Below are positions 1-12,713 of a DNA stretch of 58,573 nucleotides, piece after piece. The stretch comes from Nemertoderma westbladi (Eukaryota; Animalia; Xenacoelomorpha). The position numbers and the translations under genes were made by a program. The notes below the pieces were generated by a model. That model was given only the letters and a program-made list of their open reading frames with translations. It was not told the origin of the DNA and made no database searches. The stretch's first letter is position 1. Every line of letters begins with the position of its first letter. The stretch lies in assembly GCA_032718475.1 (NCBI GenBank), contig JAUCBJ010000271.1, positions 1-58,573 of the forward strand, given 5' to 3'.

Positions 1-882
1 CAACTTGGTAGGCATCTACTATAGCATAGGCTATATCTTTGCGGAGTAGTAGAGTCGTCTACAGTTCCACAGTCAGCCGCTAGAGGGCGAATTGTCTGAT
101 AGTGAAAACCTCATCCCATTTGGTTCTTTTTAATCATTTTGAGCTGAAACTTGGCTGGTATCTACTACATCATAGGCTGTATCTTTACGGGGTTGCAGAA
201 TCCTATTCACTTCCCCAGTCTACCGCTAGAGGGTGAAATGTCTGAAAGTTAACATCTTCTCCAACTTTGTTATTTACTAACGGTTTAGACTGAAACTTGG
301 TAGGCATCTACTATAGCATAGGCTATATCTTTGCGGAGTAGTAGAGTCGTCTACAGTTCCACAGTCAGCCGCTAGAGGGCGAATTGTCTGGTAGTGAAAA
401 CCTCATCCCATTTGGTTCTTTTTAATCATTTTGAGCTGGAACTTGGCAGGAATCTACTACAGCATATTCTGTATCTTTACGGAGTCCCAGAGTCGTCTAC
501 AGTTCTTCATTCTACCGCTAGAGGGTGAAATGTCTGAATGTGAACATCTACACCAATTTTGTTATTTACAATCTGTTTAAGCTGAAACTTGAAAGGCAGG
601 CATTTTACTTCACCATAAACCTCATCTTTACCAAACTGCAGCGCCGTCTGCATTTCACCAGTCCGCAGGTAGAGGGTGGATCTGAAAGTGATCATTTTCT
701 GGAAATTTTGTTATTTACAATCTGCCTAAAGTTGAAACTTGACAGTTATCTCTTATGGGGGTGGTGTTTTATTTAATGATGGTGACTGTTCCGTATGCAG
801 TTCTCAAATCTCCCACACAAATTCATATATCATCTGCACATGCACTAGAAAGCTGTGGCCCGAAGGGCCACAGGCTTTCTAG
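1..882 (+). mobile_element. Helitron family A, 3' part (cut by window edge)
   Basis: A-type 146-bp repeats, family-A 3' unique region, terminal hairpin with CTAG ending at 882. Confidence 0.8.
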
Positions 883-2452
883 TGAATATTAAAAGTAAAA
901 TTATTATTTCTGTAGGCCTGTACTTACTGTATTATTATTTTATCTAATATTATACATCTAATCTCGATGAAATCTCGCTTACTATAGCTCGTTAGATAGG
1001 TCTCGCCCTAACTCGTTGCAACGTAATACTCAGAGCCGTCTGAAGTTCCCCCGTCTGCCGCTAGAGGGCGAATTGTCCGATAGTGAAAACCTGATCTCAT
1101 TGGGTTGTTTTTAATGCTTTTGAGCTGAAACTTGGTAGCTATATACTGCAGCATAGGCTGTATATTTCCGGAGTCACTGAGTTGTCCACAGTTCCCCAGT
1201 CTACCGTTAGAGGGCTAAATATCTGAGAGTTAACATCTTCTCCAACTTTGTTATTTACAATCCGTTTAGACTGAAACTTGGTAGGCATCTACTACAGCAT
1301 ATGCTTATCTTATCTGAGTCGCAGAGTCGTCTACAATTCCCCAGTCTACCGCTAGAGGGCGAAATGTCTGAAAATTAACATCTTCTCCAACTTTGTTATT
1401 TATACTCCATTTAGACTGAACTTGGTAGGCATCTACTACAGCATAGGCTATATCTTTACTGAGTCGCGCAGAGTTGTCTACATTCCCCGCGTCTGCCGCT
1501 AGAGGGCGAAATGTATGAAAATTAACATCTTCTCCAACTTTGTTATTTACAATCCTTTTAGACTGAAACTTCGTAGGTATCTACTATAGCATAGGCTATA
1601 TCTTTGCGGAGTAGTAGAGTCGTCTACAGTTCCACAGTCAGCCGCTAGAGGGCGAATTGTCTGATAGTGAAAACCTCATCCCATTTCGTTCTTTTTAATC
1701 ATTTTTGAGCTGAAACTTGGCAGGTATCTACTACATCATAGGCTGTATCTTTACGGATTTGCAGAGTCCTATACACTTCCCCAGTCTACCACTAGAGGGT
1801 GAAATGTCTGAAAGTTAACATCTTCTCCAACTTTGTGATTTACTAACGGTTTAGACTGAAACTTGGTAGGCATCTACTACAGCATAGGCAGTACCTTTAC
1901 GAAGTCGCAGAGTTGTATACAGTCCCCCCATCTGCCGCTAGAGGGCGAAATATCTGATAGTGAACACCTCATCCCATTTGGTTCTTTTTAATCCTATTGA
2001 GCTGGAACTTGGCAGGAATCTACTACAGCATATTCTGTATCTTTACGGAGTCCCAGAGTCGTCTACATTTCTTCAGTCTACCGCTAGAGGGTGAAATGTC
2101 TGAATGTGAACATCTACACCAATTTTGTTATTTACAATCTGTTTAAGATGAAACTTGAAAGGCAGGCATTTTACTTCACCATAAACCCCATCTTTACCAA
2201 ACTGCAGCGCCGTCTGCATTTCACCAGTCCGCAGGTGTAGGTAGAGGGTGGATCTGAAAGTGATCATTTTCTGGAAATTTTGTTATTTACAATCTGCCTA
2301 AAGTGGAAACTTGAGTTATCTCTTATGGGGGTGGTGTTTTATTTAATGATGGTGTCTGTTCCGTATGCATTTCTCAAATCTCCCACACATATTCATATAT
2401 AATCTGCACGTGCACTAGAAAGCTGTGGCCCGAAGGGCCACAAGCTTTCTAG
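883..2452 (+). mobile_element. Helitron family A, 5'-truncated copy starting at internal TGAATATT
   Basis: Begins at the T of the internal GTTA^TGAATATT site seen in full copies (e.g. ~3097); ends hairpin+CTAG. Confidence 0.75.
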
Positions 2453-5400
2453 TCTAATATATATAAATCTCGATTGTCTGTCTGTCTGTGTGTTTGTCAT
2501 CGGCTATACAATCGAACCCATCTCGATGAAATCTCGCTTGCTATATCTCGTTAGAAAGGTCTCGCCCTAACTCGTTGCAACGTAATACTCAGAGCCGTCT
2601 GAAGTTCGCCCGTCTGCCGCTAGAGGGCGATTTTCGTGATTTTCATGCGAAATTTATCGAATTATTTCGGTTCTTCTATCGGTAATTAATGATTTAGAGG
2701 GCTAACATTTATCCACCTGGTTTAAAATTAACATGGGTAGATTCGCCGTGTCCCATTCTCACAAAGTTTTTATTTCATTCGAGTGTTTAATATAAATATG
2801 TATGATTATTTATTGATTAAAAATCAAATAGTGTATAAATATGTCATATTCGCCAAGCAGGATCGAATTGGCCTATAGTTATTGAATAGGGAAGGATTGT
2901 TTTCTGTATCATAGCAACGTTAAGGTAATTATTGAACTCGCAGCTAGCTGGCTGGGCACAGATAAGGAGCAAGCAGGCTGGAGTGTTGATTGGGGTGGGT
3001 TTGGGTTGTCTGTTGCGAATTGCTCAGAGTAATTCTGCTTTCTCAATCATTGGCTGCATGGAAGGAGAGGTTTATAACATTTTTGTTTTACTGTTATGAA
3101 TATTAAAAGTAAAATAATTATTTCTGTAGGCCTATACTTACTGTATTATTATTTTATCTAATATTATACATCTAATCTCGATGAAATCTCGCTTACTATA
3201 GCTCGTTAGATAGGTCTCGCCTTAACTCGTTGCAACGTAATACTCAGAGCCGTCTGAAGTTCCACCGTCTGCCGCTAGAGGGCGAATTATACGATAGTGA
3301 AAACCTGATCTTATAGGGTTGTTTTTAATGCTTTTGAGCTGAAACGTGGTAGCTATATACTGCAGCATATTCTGTATATTTCCGGAGTCACTGGGTTGTC
3401 TACAGTTCCCCAGTCTACCGTTAGAGGGCTAAATGTCTGAGAGTTAACATCTTCTCCAACTTTATTATTTACAATCCGTTTTGACTGAAACTTGGTAGGC
3501 ATCTACTACAGCATAGGCTGAATCTTTACTGAGTCGCAGAGTCGTCTACAATTTCCCAGTCTACCGCTAGAGGGCGAAATGTCTGCAAGTTAACATCTTC
3601 TCCAACTTTGTTATTTATAATCCATTTAGACTGAACTTGGTAGGCATCTACTACAGCATAGGCTATATCTTTACTGAGTCGCGCAGAGTTGTCTACAGTA
3701 CCCGCGTCTGCCGCTAGAGGGCGAAATGTATGAAAGTTAACATCTTCTCCAACTTTGTTATTTACAAACCTTTTAGACTGAAACTTGGTAGGCATCTACT
3801 ATAGCATAGGCTATATCTTTGCGGAGTAGTAGAGTCGTCTACAGTTCCACAGTCAGCCGCAAGAGGGCGAATTGTCTGATAGTGAAAACCTCATCCCATT
3901 TGGTTCTTTTTAATCCTTTTGAGCTGAAACTTGGCAGGTATCTACTACATCCTAGGCTCTATCTTTACGGAGTTGCAGAGTCCTATACACTTCCCCAGTC
4001 TACCGCTAGAGGGTGAAATGTCTGAAAGTTACCACCTTCTCCAACTTTGTTATTTATAATCCATTTAGACTGAACTTGGTAGGCATCTACTACAGCATAG
4101 GCTATATCTTTACTGAGTCGCGCAGAGTTGTCTACATTACTCGCGTCTGCCGCTAGAGGGCGAAATGTATGAAAGTTAACATCTCCTCCAACTTTGTTAT
4201 TTACAATCTTTTTAGACTGAAACTTGGTAGGCATCTACTATAGCATAGGCTATATCTTTGCGGAGTAGTAGAGTCGTCTACAGTTCCACAGTCAGCCGCT
4301 AGAGGGCGAATTGTCTGATAGTGAAAACCTCATCCCATTTGGTTCTTTTTAATCATTTTGAGCTGAAACTTGGTTGGTATCTACTACATCATAGGCTGTA
4401 TCTTTACGGGGTTGCAGAATCCTATTCACTTCCCCAGTCTACCGCTAGAGGGTGAAATGTCTGAAAGTTACCACCTTCTCCAACTTTGTTATTTATAATC
4501 CATTTAGACTGAACTTGGTAGGCATCTACTACAGCATAGGCTATATCTTTACTGAGTCGCGCAGAGTTGTCTACATTACTCGCGTCTGCCGCTAGAGGGC
4601 GAAATGTATGAAAGTTAACATCTCCTCCAACTTTGTTATTTACAATCTTTTTAGACTGAAACTTGGTAGGCATCTACTATAGCATAGGCTATATCTTTGC
4701 GGAGTAGTAGAGTCGTCTACAGTTCCACAGTCAGCCGCTAGAGGGCGAATTGTCTGATAGTGAAAACCTCATCCCATTTGGTTCTTTTTAATCATTTTGA
4801 GCTGAAACTTGGTTGGTATCTACTACATCATAGGCTGTATCTTTACGGGGTTGCAGAATCCTATTCACTTCCCCAGTCTACCGCTAGAGGGTGAAATGTC
4901 TGAAAGTTAACATCTTCTACAACTTTGTTATTTACTAACGGTTTAGACTGAAACTTGGTAGGCATCTACTACAGCATAGGCTGTACCTTTACGGAGTCAC
5001 AGCGTTGAATACAGTCCCCCCATCTGCCGCTAGAGGGCGACATATCTGATAGTGAACACCTCATCCCATTTGGTTCTTTTTAATTCTATTGAGCTGGAAC
5101 TTGGCAGGAATCTACTACAGCATATTCTGTATCTTTACGGAGTCCCAGAGTCGTCTACAGTTCTTCAGTCTACCCCTAGAGGGTGAAATGTCTGAATGTG
5201 AACATCTACACCAATTTTGTTATTTACAATCTGTTTAAGCTGAAACTTGAAAGGCAGGCATTTTACTTCACCATAAACCCCATCTTTACCAAACTGCAGC
5301 GCCGTCTGCATTTCACCAGTCCGCAGGTAGAGGGTGGATCTGAAAGTGATCATTTTCTGGAAATTTTGTTATTTACAATCTGCCTAAAGTTGAAACTTGA

Positions 5401-5539
5401 CAGTTATATCTTATGGGGGTGGTGTTTTATTTAATGATGGTGTCTGTTCCGTATGCAGTTCTCCAATCTCCCACACATATTCATATATCATCTGCACGTG
5501 CACTAGAAAGCTGTGGCCCGAAGGGCCACAGGCTTTCTA
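2453..5539 (+). mobile_element. Helitron family A, full-length, expanded repeat array
   Basis: 5' TCTAATATATATAAATCTCG + (TGTC)n; about 15 motif-bearing units including a 439-bp (3-unit) duplication; terminus reads CTA (G missing). Confidence 0.8.
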
Positions 5540-7524
5540 TCTATATATATAAATATCATGTGTCTGTCTGTCTGTCTGTCTGACTGTCTGCTTGTCTGTC
5601 CAAGCTATACGTTTCTACACACAAGCACCAATCTGAGCTCGCGATACATCGAACGAAAGCTCTCGTCACGAGCACGTGCACTGTCGCTATCTCGAGTCTT
5701 ATTTTACGCGTTTGTTTGCGTGAATGCAGATTTCGTGAATTTGGTACCGGTAGCGCAGTAGGCCTAGCAGTTCATTCTGTAGGAAACTCTATAACAGCGG
5801 TTGCACCATCAGACTCAATCTGTTCTAAATGATACTTTGCAGATACGTTCCTGACCATAGACTGTGTGTTTGGGAAGACACTGATCAATCTGCAGTTCTC
5901 CAGTCTGCCGCTAGGGGGCGAAATGTCAGAAACTGAAAACCTTCTCCCATTTCGTTATTATTAATGCCTTTTAGCTGATACGTGGCAGAGGTCTACTACA
6001 CCATAGGCTGTGTGTTTTCGGAGGATGCTGACCAATCTGCAATTCCTCAGTCTGCCGCTAGGGGGAGCAATATCTGAAAGTGAAAACCTTATCCCATTTC
6101 GTTGTTTATAATGCTTTTTTGCTGATACTTGGCAGAAGTCGACTACACCATAGACTGCGTGTTTGTAGAGAACTCTGAATAATCTGAAATTCCTCTGTCT
6201 GCCGGTAGGGGGCGCAATGTCTGAAAGTGAAAACCTTCACCCATTTCGTTCTTTATACTGATTTTTTGCTGATACTTGGCAGAGGTCTACTACACCAAGA
6301 CTGCGTGTTTGGGGAGGAGCTAGAACCAGTCTGCATTTCTCCAGTCTACCACTAGGGGGCCAAATGTCTGAAAGTGAAAACCTTATCCCATTTCGTTATT
6401 AATAATGCTTTTAGGCTGACACTTGGCAGATTTGTATTACACCATAGGGAGTGTGTCTAGGTAAGACGCCGAACAAACTGCAGTTCTCCATTTGGCCGCT
6501 AGGGGGCGAAATGTCTGAACGTGAAAACCTTATGCCATTTTTATGTTTATAATGTTTTTAGGCTGATACTTGTCAGAGGTCTACTACATCAAAGACTGCG
6601 TGTTTGTGGAGAACTAAGACCAATTTGCAATAGCTCTCTCTGCCGCTAGGGGGCGCAATGTCTGAAAGTGAAAACCTTCATGCATTTCATTGTTTATAAT
6701 TCTTTTTTGCTGATACTCGACAGAGGTATACTACACCATAGACTGTGTGTTTGGGGAGGAGCTAGAACCAGTCTGCATTTATCCAGTCTACCGCTAGGGG
6801 GCCAAATGTCTGAAAGTGAAAACCTTATCCCATTTCGTTATTAATATGCTTTCAGGCTGACACTTGCCAGATGTGTAGTACACCATAGGGTGTGTGTCTA
6901 GGTAAGACGCCGAACAAATTGCAGTTCTCCATTCGGCCGCTAGGGGGCGAAATGTCTGAAAGTAAAAACCTTATCCCGTTTCGTTGTTTCTAATGCTTTT
7001 AGGCTGATAATTGTCAGAGGTCTACTACACCATAGACTGCGTGTTTGTGGAAAACTCTGACCAATCTGCAATTTCTCAGTCTGCCGCTAGAGGGTGAAAT
7101 GTCTCAAGTGAAATCCCTCTCCCATTTCTTTGTTTCTAATGCTTTTTTGCTTATACTTGGGAAAGGTATGCTTGACCATAGGCTGTTTGTATGGGGAGGA
7201 CGCTAACCAGTCTCTGGATTTCCAGTCTACTGCTAGGGTGCGAAATATCTGAATCTGAAAAGTAAAAACATTCTCACATTTATTTATTAAAAATGCTTTT
7301 ACGCTTATAATTGTCAGAGGTCTACTGTACTACATCATGTGAAGGACGTTGACCAGTGTAGATATCTGAAAAAGTAAAACAGCATCAGTCTTTTGTTTGA
7401 GAGAACACTCTCAATCAAATGAAGTTTTGTTAAGTTAATTAATTAATTAATTAATTAATGTTTGGAATGGTGAATAGGCTTGTGAACTAGAAAGCCGTGG
7501 CCCGAAGGGCCACTGGCTTTCTAG
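5540..7524 (+). mobile_element. Helitron family B (short-5' variant)
   Basis: 5' TCTATATATATAAATATCATG(TGTC)n; about 10 B-type units; (TAAT)n; hairpin+CTAG. Confidence 0.8.
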
Positions 7525-9509
7525 TCTATATATATAAATATCATGTGTCTGTCTGTCTGTCTGTCTGTCTGTCTGCTTGTCTGTCCAAGCTATACGTTTC
7601 TACACACAAGCACCAATCTGAGCTCGCGATACATCGAACGAAAGCTCTCGTCACGAGCACGTGCACTGTCGCTATCTCGAGTCTTATTTTACGCGTTTGT
7701 TTGCGTGAATGCAGATTTCGTGAATTTGGTACCGGTAGCGCAGTAGGCCTAGCAGTTCATTCTGTAGGAAACTCTATAACAGCGGTTGCACCATCAGACT
7801 CAATCTGTTCTAAATGATACTTTGCAGATACGTTCCTGACCATAGACTGTGTGTTTGGGAAGACACTGATCAATCTGCAGTTCTCCAGTCTGCCGCTAGG
7901 GGGCGAAATGTCAGAAACTGAAAACCTTCTCCCATTTCGTTATTATTAATGCCTTTTAGCTGATACGTGGCAGAGGTCTACTACACCATAGGCTGTGTGT
8001 TTTCGGAGGATGCTGACCAATCTGCAATTCCTCAGTCTGCCGCTAGGGGGAGCAATATCTGAAAGTGAAAACCTTATCCCATTTCGTTGTTTATAATGCT
8101 TTTTTGCTGATACTTGGCAGAAGTCGACTACACCATAGACTGCGTGTTTGTAGAGAACTCTGAATAATCTGAAATTCCTCTGTCTGCCGGTAGGGGGCGC
8201 AATGTCTGAAAGTGAAAACCTTCACCCATTTCGTTCTTTATACTGATTTTTTGCTGATACTTGGCAGAGGTCTACTACACCAAGACTGCGTGTTTGGGGA
8301 GGAGCTAGAACCAGTCTGCATTTCTCCAGTCTACCACTAGGGGGCCAAATGTCTGAAAGTGAAAACCTTATCCCATTTCGTTATTAATAATGCTTTTAGG
8401 CTGACACTTGGCAGATTTGTATTACACCATAGGGAGTGTGTCTAGGTAAGACGCCGAACAAACTGCAGTTCTCCATTTGGCCGCTAGGGGGCGAAATGTC
8501 TGAACGTGAAAACCTTATGCCATTTTTATGTTTATAATGTTTTTAGGCTGATACTTGTCAGAGGTCTACTACATCAAAGACTGCGTGTTTGTGGAGAACT
8601 AAGACCAATTTGCAATAGCTCTCTCTGCCGCTAGGGGGCGCAATGTCTGAAAGTGAAAACCTTCATGCATTTCATTGTTTATAATTCTTTTTTGCTGATA
8701 CTCGACAGAGGTCTACTACACCATAGACTGTGTGTTTGGGGAGGAGCTAGAACCAGTCTGCATTTATCCAGTCTACCGCTAGGGGGCCAAATGTCTGAAA
8801 GTGAAAACCTTATCCCATTTCGTTATTAATATGCTTTCAGGCTGACACTTGCCAGATGTGTAGTACACCATAGGGTGTGTGTCTAGGTAAGACGCCGAAC
8901 AAATTGCAGTTCTCCATTCGGCCGCTAGGGGGCGAAATGTCTGAAAGTAAAAACCTTATCCCGTTTCGTTGTTTCTAATGCTTTTAGGCTGATAATTGTC
9001 AGAGGTCTACTACACCATAGACTGCGTGTTTGTGGAAAACTCTGACCAATCTGCAATTTCTCAGTCTGCCGCTAGAGGGTGAAATGTCTCAAGTGAAATC
9101 CCTCTCCCATTTCTTTGTTTCTAATGCTTTTTTGCTTATACTTGGGAAAGGTATGCTTGACCATAGGCTGTTTGTATGGGGAGGACGCTAACCAGTCTCT
9201 GGATTTCCAGTCTACTGCTAGGGTGCGAAATATCTGAATCTGAAAAGTAAAAACATTCTCACATTTATTTATTAAAAATGCTTTTACGCTTATAATTGTC
9301 AGAGGTCTACTGTACTACATCATGTGAAGGACGTTGACCAGTGTAGATATCTGAAAAAGTAAAACAGCATCAGTCTTTTGTTTGAGAGAACACTCTCAAT
9401 CAAATGAAGTTTTGTTAAGTTAATTAATTAATTAATTAATTAATGTTTGGAATGGTGAATAGGCTTGTGAACTAGAAAGCCGTGGCCCGAAGGGCCACTG
9501 GCTTTCTAG
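7525..9509 (+). mobile_element. Helitron family B, near-identical tandem duplicate of 5540-7524
   Basis: Same 1985-bp length and the same private deletions; few differences by eye. Confidence 0.8.
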
Positions 9510-9530
9510 TCTATATATATAAATATCATG

Positions 9531-9566
<36 letters not shown>

Positions 9567-12500
9567 CAAGCTATACGTTTCTACACACAAGCACCAATCT
9601 GAGCTCGCGATACATCGAACGAAAGCTCTCGTCACGAGCACGTGCACTGTCGCTATCTCGAGTCTTATTTTACGCGTTTGTTTGCGTGAATGCAGATTTC
9701 GTGAATTTGGTACCGGTAGCGCAGTAGGCCTAGCAGTTCATTCTGTCACTCTACACGTTGAGTCTCGACTATTATGCTACTTTATGATGCGCATCTACGT
9801 GATGCAGACTGCCCCGAGCACATGGACGTGAAACGTCGTTATATCTAGGCTAATTTTATGCATCATTTATGCGTGAATGCGTATATGTGGTCAAACTGGG
9901 CTATTATTCCATAACCATTTTTCGGCCAAATTACAGGTCAACCAGCAGGAAACTCTATAACAGTGGTTGTACCATCAGACTCAATCTGTTCTAAATGATA
10001 CTTTGCAGATATGTTCCCGACCATAGACTGTGTGATTGGGAGGACACTGATCAATCTGCAGTTCTCCAGTCTGCCGTTAGGGGGCGAAATGTCAGAAACT
10101 GAAAACCTTCTCCAATTTCGTTATTATTAACGCCTTTTAGCTGATACGTGGCAGAGGTCTACTACACCATAGGCTGTGTGTTTTCGGAGGATGCTGACCA
10201 ATCTGCAATTCCCCAGTCTGCCGCTAGGGGGAGAAATATCTGAAAGTGAAAACCTTACCCATTTCGTTGTTTATAATGCTTTTTTGCTGATACTTGGCAG
10301 AGGTTTGCTACACCATAGACTGCGTGTTTGTGGAGAACTCTGAGCAATCTGCAATTCCTTTGTCTGCTGCTAGGGGGCGCAATGTCTGAAAGTGAAAACC
10401 TTCACCCATTTCGTTGTTTAATATGCTTTTTTGCTGATACTTGGCAGAGGTCTACCACACAAACACTGCATGTTTGGGGAGGAGCTAGAACAAGTCTGCA
10501 TTTCTCCAGTCTGCCGCTAGGGGGCCAAATGTCTGAAAGTGAAAACCTTATCCCATTTTGTTATTAATGATGCTTTTAGGCTGACACTTGGCAGATGTGT
10601 ATTACACCTTAGGGTGTGTGTCTGGAGAGGACGCCGAACAACCTGCAGTTCTGTATTCGGCCGTTAGGGGGCGAAATGTCTGAACGTGAAAACCTTCTCC
10701 CATTTCGATGTTTATAATGCTTTTAAGCTGATACTTGTCAGAGGTCTACTACATCATAGACTGCGTGTTTGTGGAGAACTCTGACCAATCTGCAATAGCG
10801 CCGACTGCTGCTAGGGGTGCGCAATGTCTGAAAGTGAAAACCTTCATGCATTTCATTGTTTGTAGTGCTTTTTTGCTGATACTTGACAGAGGTCTACTAC
10901 ACCATAGACTGCGTGTTTGGGGAGGAGCTAGAACCAGTCTGCTTTTATCCAGTCTACCGCTAGGAGGCCCAATGTCTGAAAGTGAAAACCTTATCCCATT
11001 TCGTTATTAATATGCTTTTAGGCTGACACTTGGCAGATGTGTATTACACCATAGGGTGTGTGTTTGGGGAGGACGCCAAACAAACTGCAGTTCTCCATTT
11101 GGCCGCTAGGGGGCGAAATGTCTGAAAGTGAATACCCTCTCCCATTTCGATGTTTATAATGCTTTTAGGCTGATGCTTGGCAGAGGTCTACTACACCATA
11201 GGCTGCGTCTTTGTGGAGAACTCTGACCAATCTGCAATTCCTCTGTCTGCCACTAGGGGGCGCAATGTCTGAAAGTCAAAACCTTCACCCATTTCGTTAT
11301 TAATAATGCTTTTATGCTGATACTGCAGAGGTCTACTATACCATAGACTGCGTGTTTGTGGATAACTCTTACCAATCTGCATCTTCTCAGTCTGCCGCTA
11401 GAGGGTGAAATGTCTCAAGTGAAATCCTTCTCCAATTTCATTGTTTCTAATGCTTTTTTGCTTATACTTGGGAAAGGCATGCTTGACCATAGGCTGTTTG
11501 TATGGGGAGGACGCTAACCAGTCTGCGGATTTCCAGTCTACTGCTGCTAGGGTGCGAAAAATCTGAATCTGAAAAGTAAAAACATTCTCACATTTATTTA
11601 TTAAAAATGCTTTTACGCTGATAATTGTCAGAGGTCTACTGTACTACATCATAAGGCTGCATCTATGTGAAGGACGTTGACCAGTGTAGATATCTGAAAA
11701 GTAAAACAGCATCAGTCCTTTTGTTTGAGAGAACACTCTCAATCATATGAAGTTTTGTTAAGTTCGAGGAAATCCTGCCAAGTACCTAACTGATCTAGAC
11801 TTTGCTGATGACTTAGGAGTACTCTCAGAATCATTAGAGGGAGCCCAGCGGCTCCTCAGCTCATTAGAACATGCTGCTTCTAGTGTTGGTCTTTTTATTA
11901 ACTCCAGAAAGACCAAAATTCTGAAAGTTAACTTTGAAAATCCTCAGCAAGTCTCTGATCGGATGAGCATAAGCTCAAAGGATGGTATGCTTGAGCATGT
12001 GGACGACTTCTGTTACCTGGGATCATGGATCCGGAAGTCAGGTGAGGACCTTCGAATACGTAAGGGAAAGGCATGGGCAGCCTTGAATAGGCTTTCCAGG
12101 ATTTGGAAGTCACCTAGAATTAATCGGAAACTTAAGGTCCGATTATTTAGAGCAGCAGTAGTTCCAGTACTCCTCTACGGGAGTCCATGCTGGGCTCTAA
12201 CTGCTGAGGACACCAAATCTCTGGATGGCACATTCACAAGAATGCTACGCCGGGTACATTGTGTCAAGTACAATGCACACATCTCCAACCAGACACTATA
12301 TAACATTGGAGGTGTCTAATTGGTTCCCCCAAGCTTGACACTAGAACAAAATCGCCTCCGCTTTGCAGGACATTGCTTTCGCCGTGAGGACCAGCCAGTG
12401 CATAATCTTGTACTTTGGCAGCCTCATGGAGTGAATAAGCATGGTGGACAGCCCATGACTTTCTTGAGACGCATCTTAAAGGACACTGGCCTTAAAGATG

Positions 12501-12713
12501 CGGATGATCTAGCAAATGTCATGGGTGATAGGGAGTTGTGGCGGCGCAATTTTGTTGACAAGCCGGCACAGCATTCTTAAAAATGCAGCTGCAATGCAGC
12601 ATGCCGATCCTAGTAGTAGTAGTTTGTTAAGTTAATTAATTAATTAATGTTTGGAATGGTGAATAGGCTTGTGAACTAGAAAGCCGTGGCCCGAAGGGCC
12701 ACTGGCTTTCTAG
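9510..12713 (+). mobile_element. Helitron family B interrupted near its 3' end by an RTE-type LINE
   Basis: Intact termini; B sequence resumes after the TSD at 12623-12633. Confidence 0.8.
11765..12622 (+). mobile_element. 5'-truncated RTE-clade non-LTR retrotransposon (RT C-terminal part), pseudogenised
   Basis: Frame from 11765 reads RGNPAKYLTDLDFADDL...GLFINSRKTK...FCYLGS...VLLYGS...LRFAGHCFR; one in-frame TAA at 12317-12319; (TAG)4 tail at 12611-12622; 11-bp TSD TTTGTTAAGTT at 11754-11764 and 12623-12633. Confidence 0.9.
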
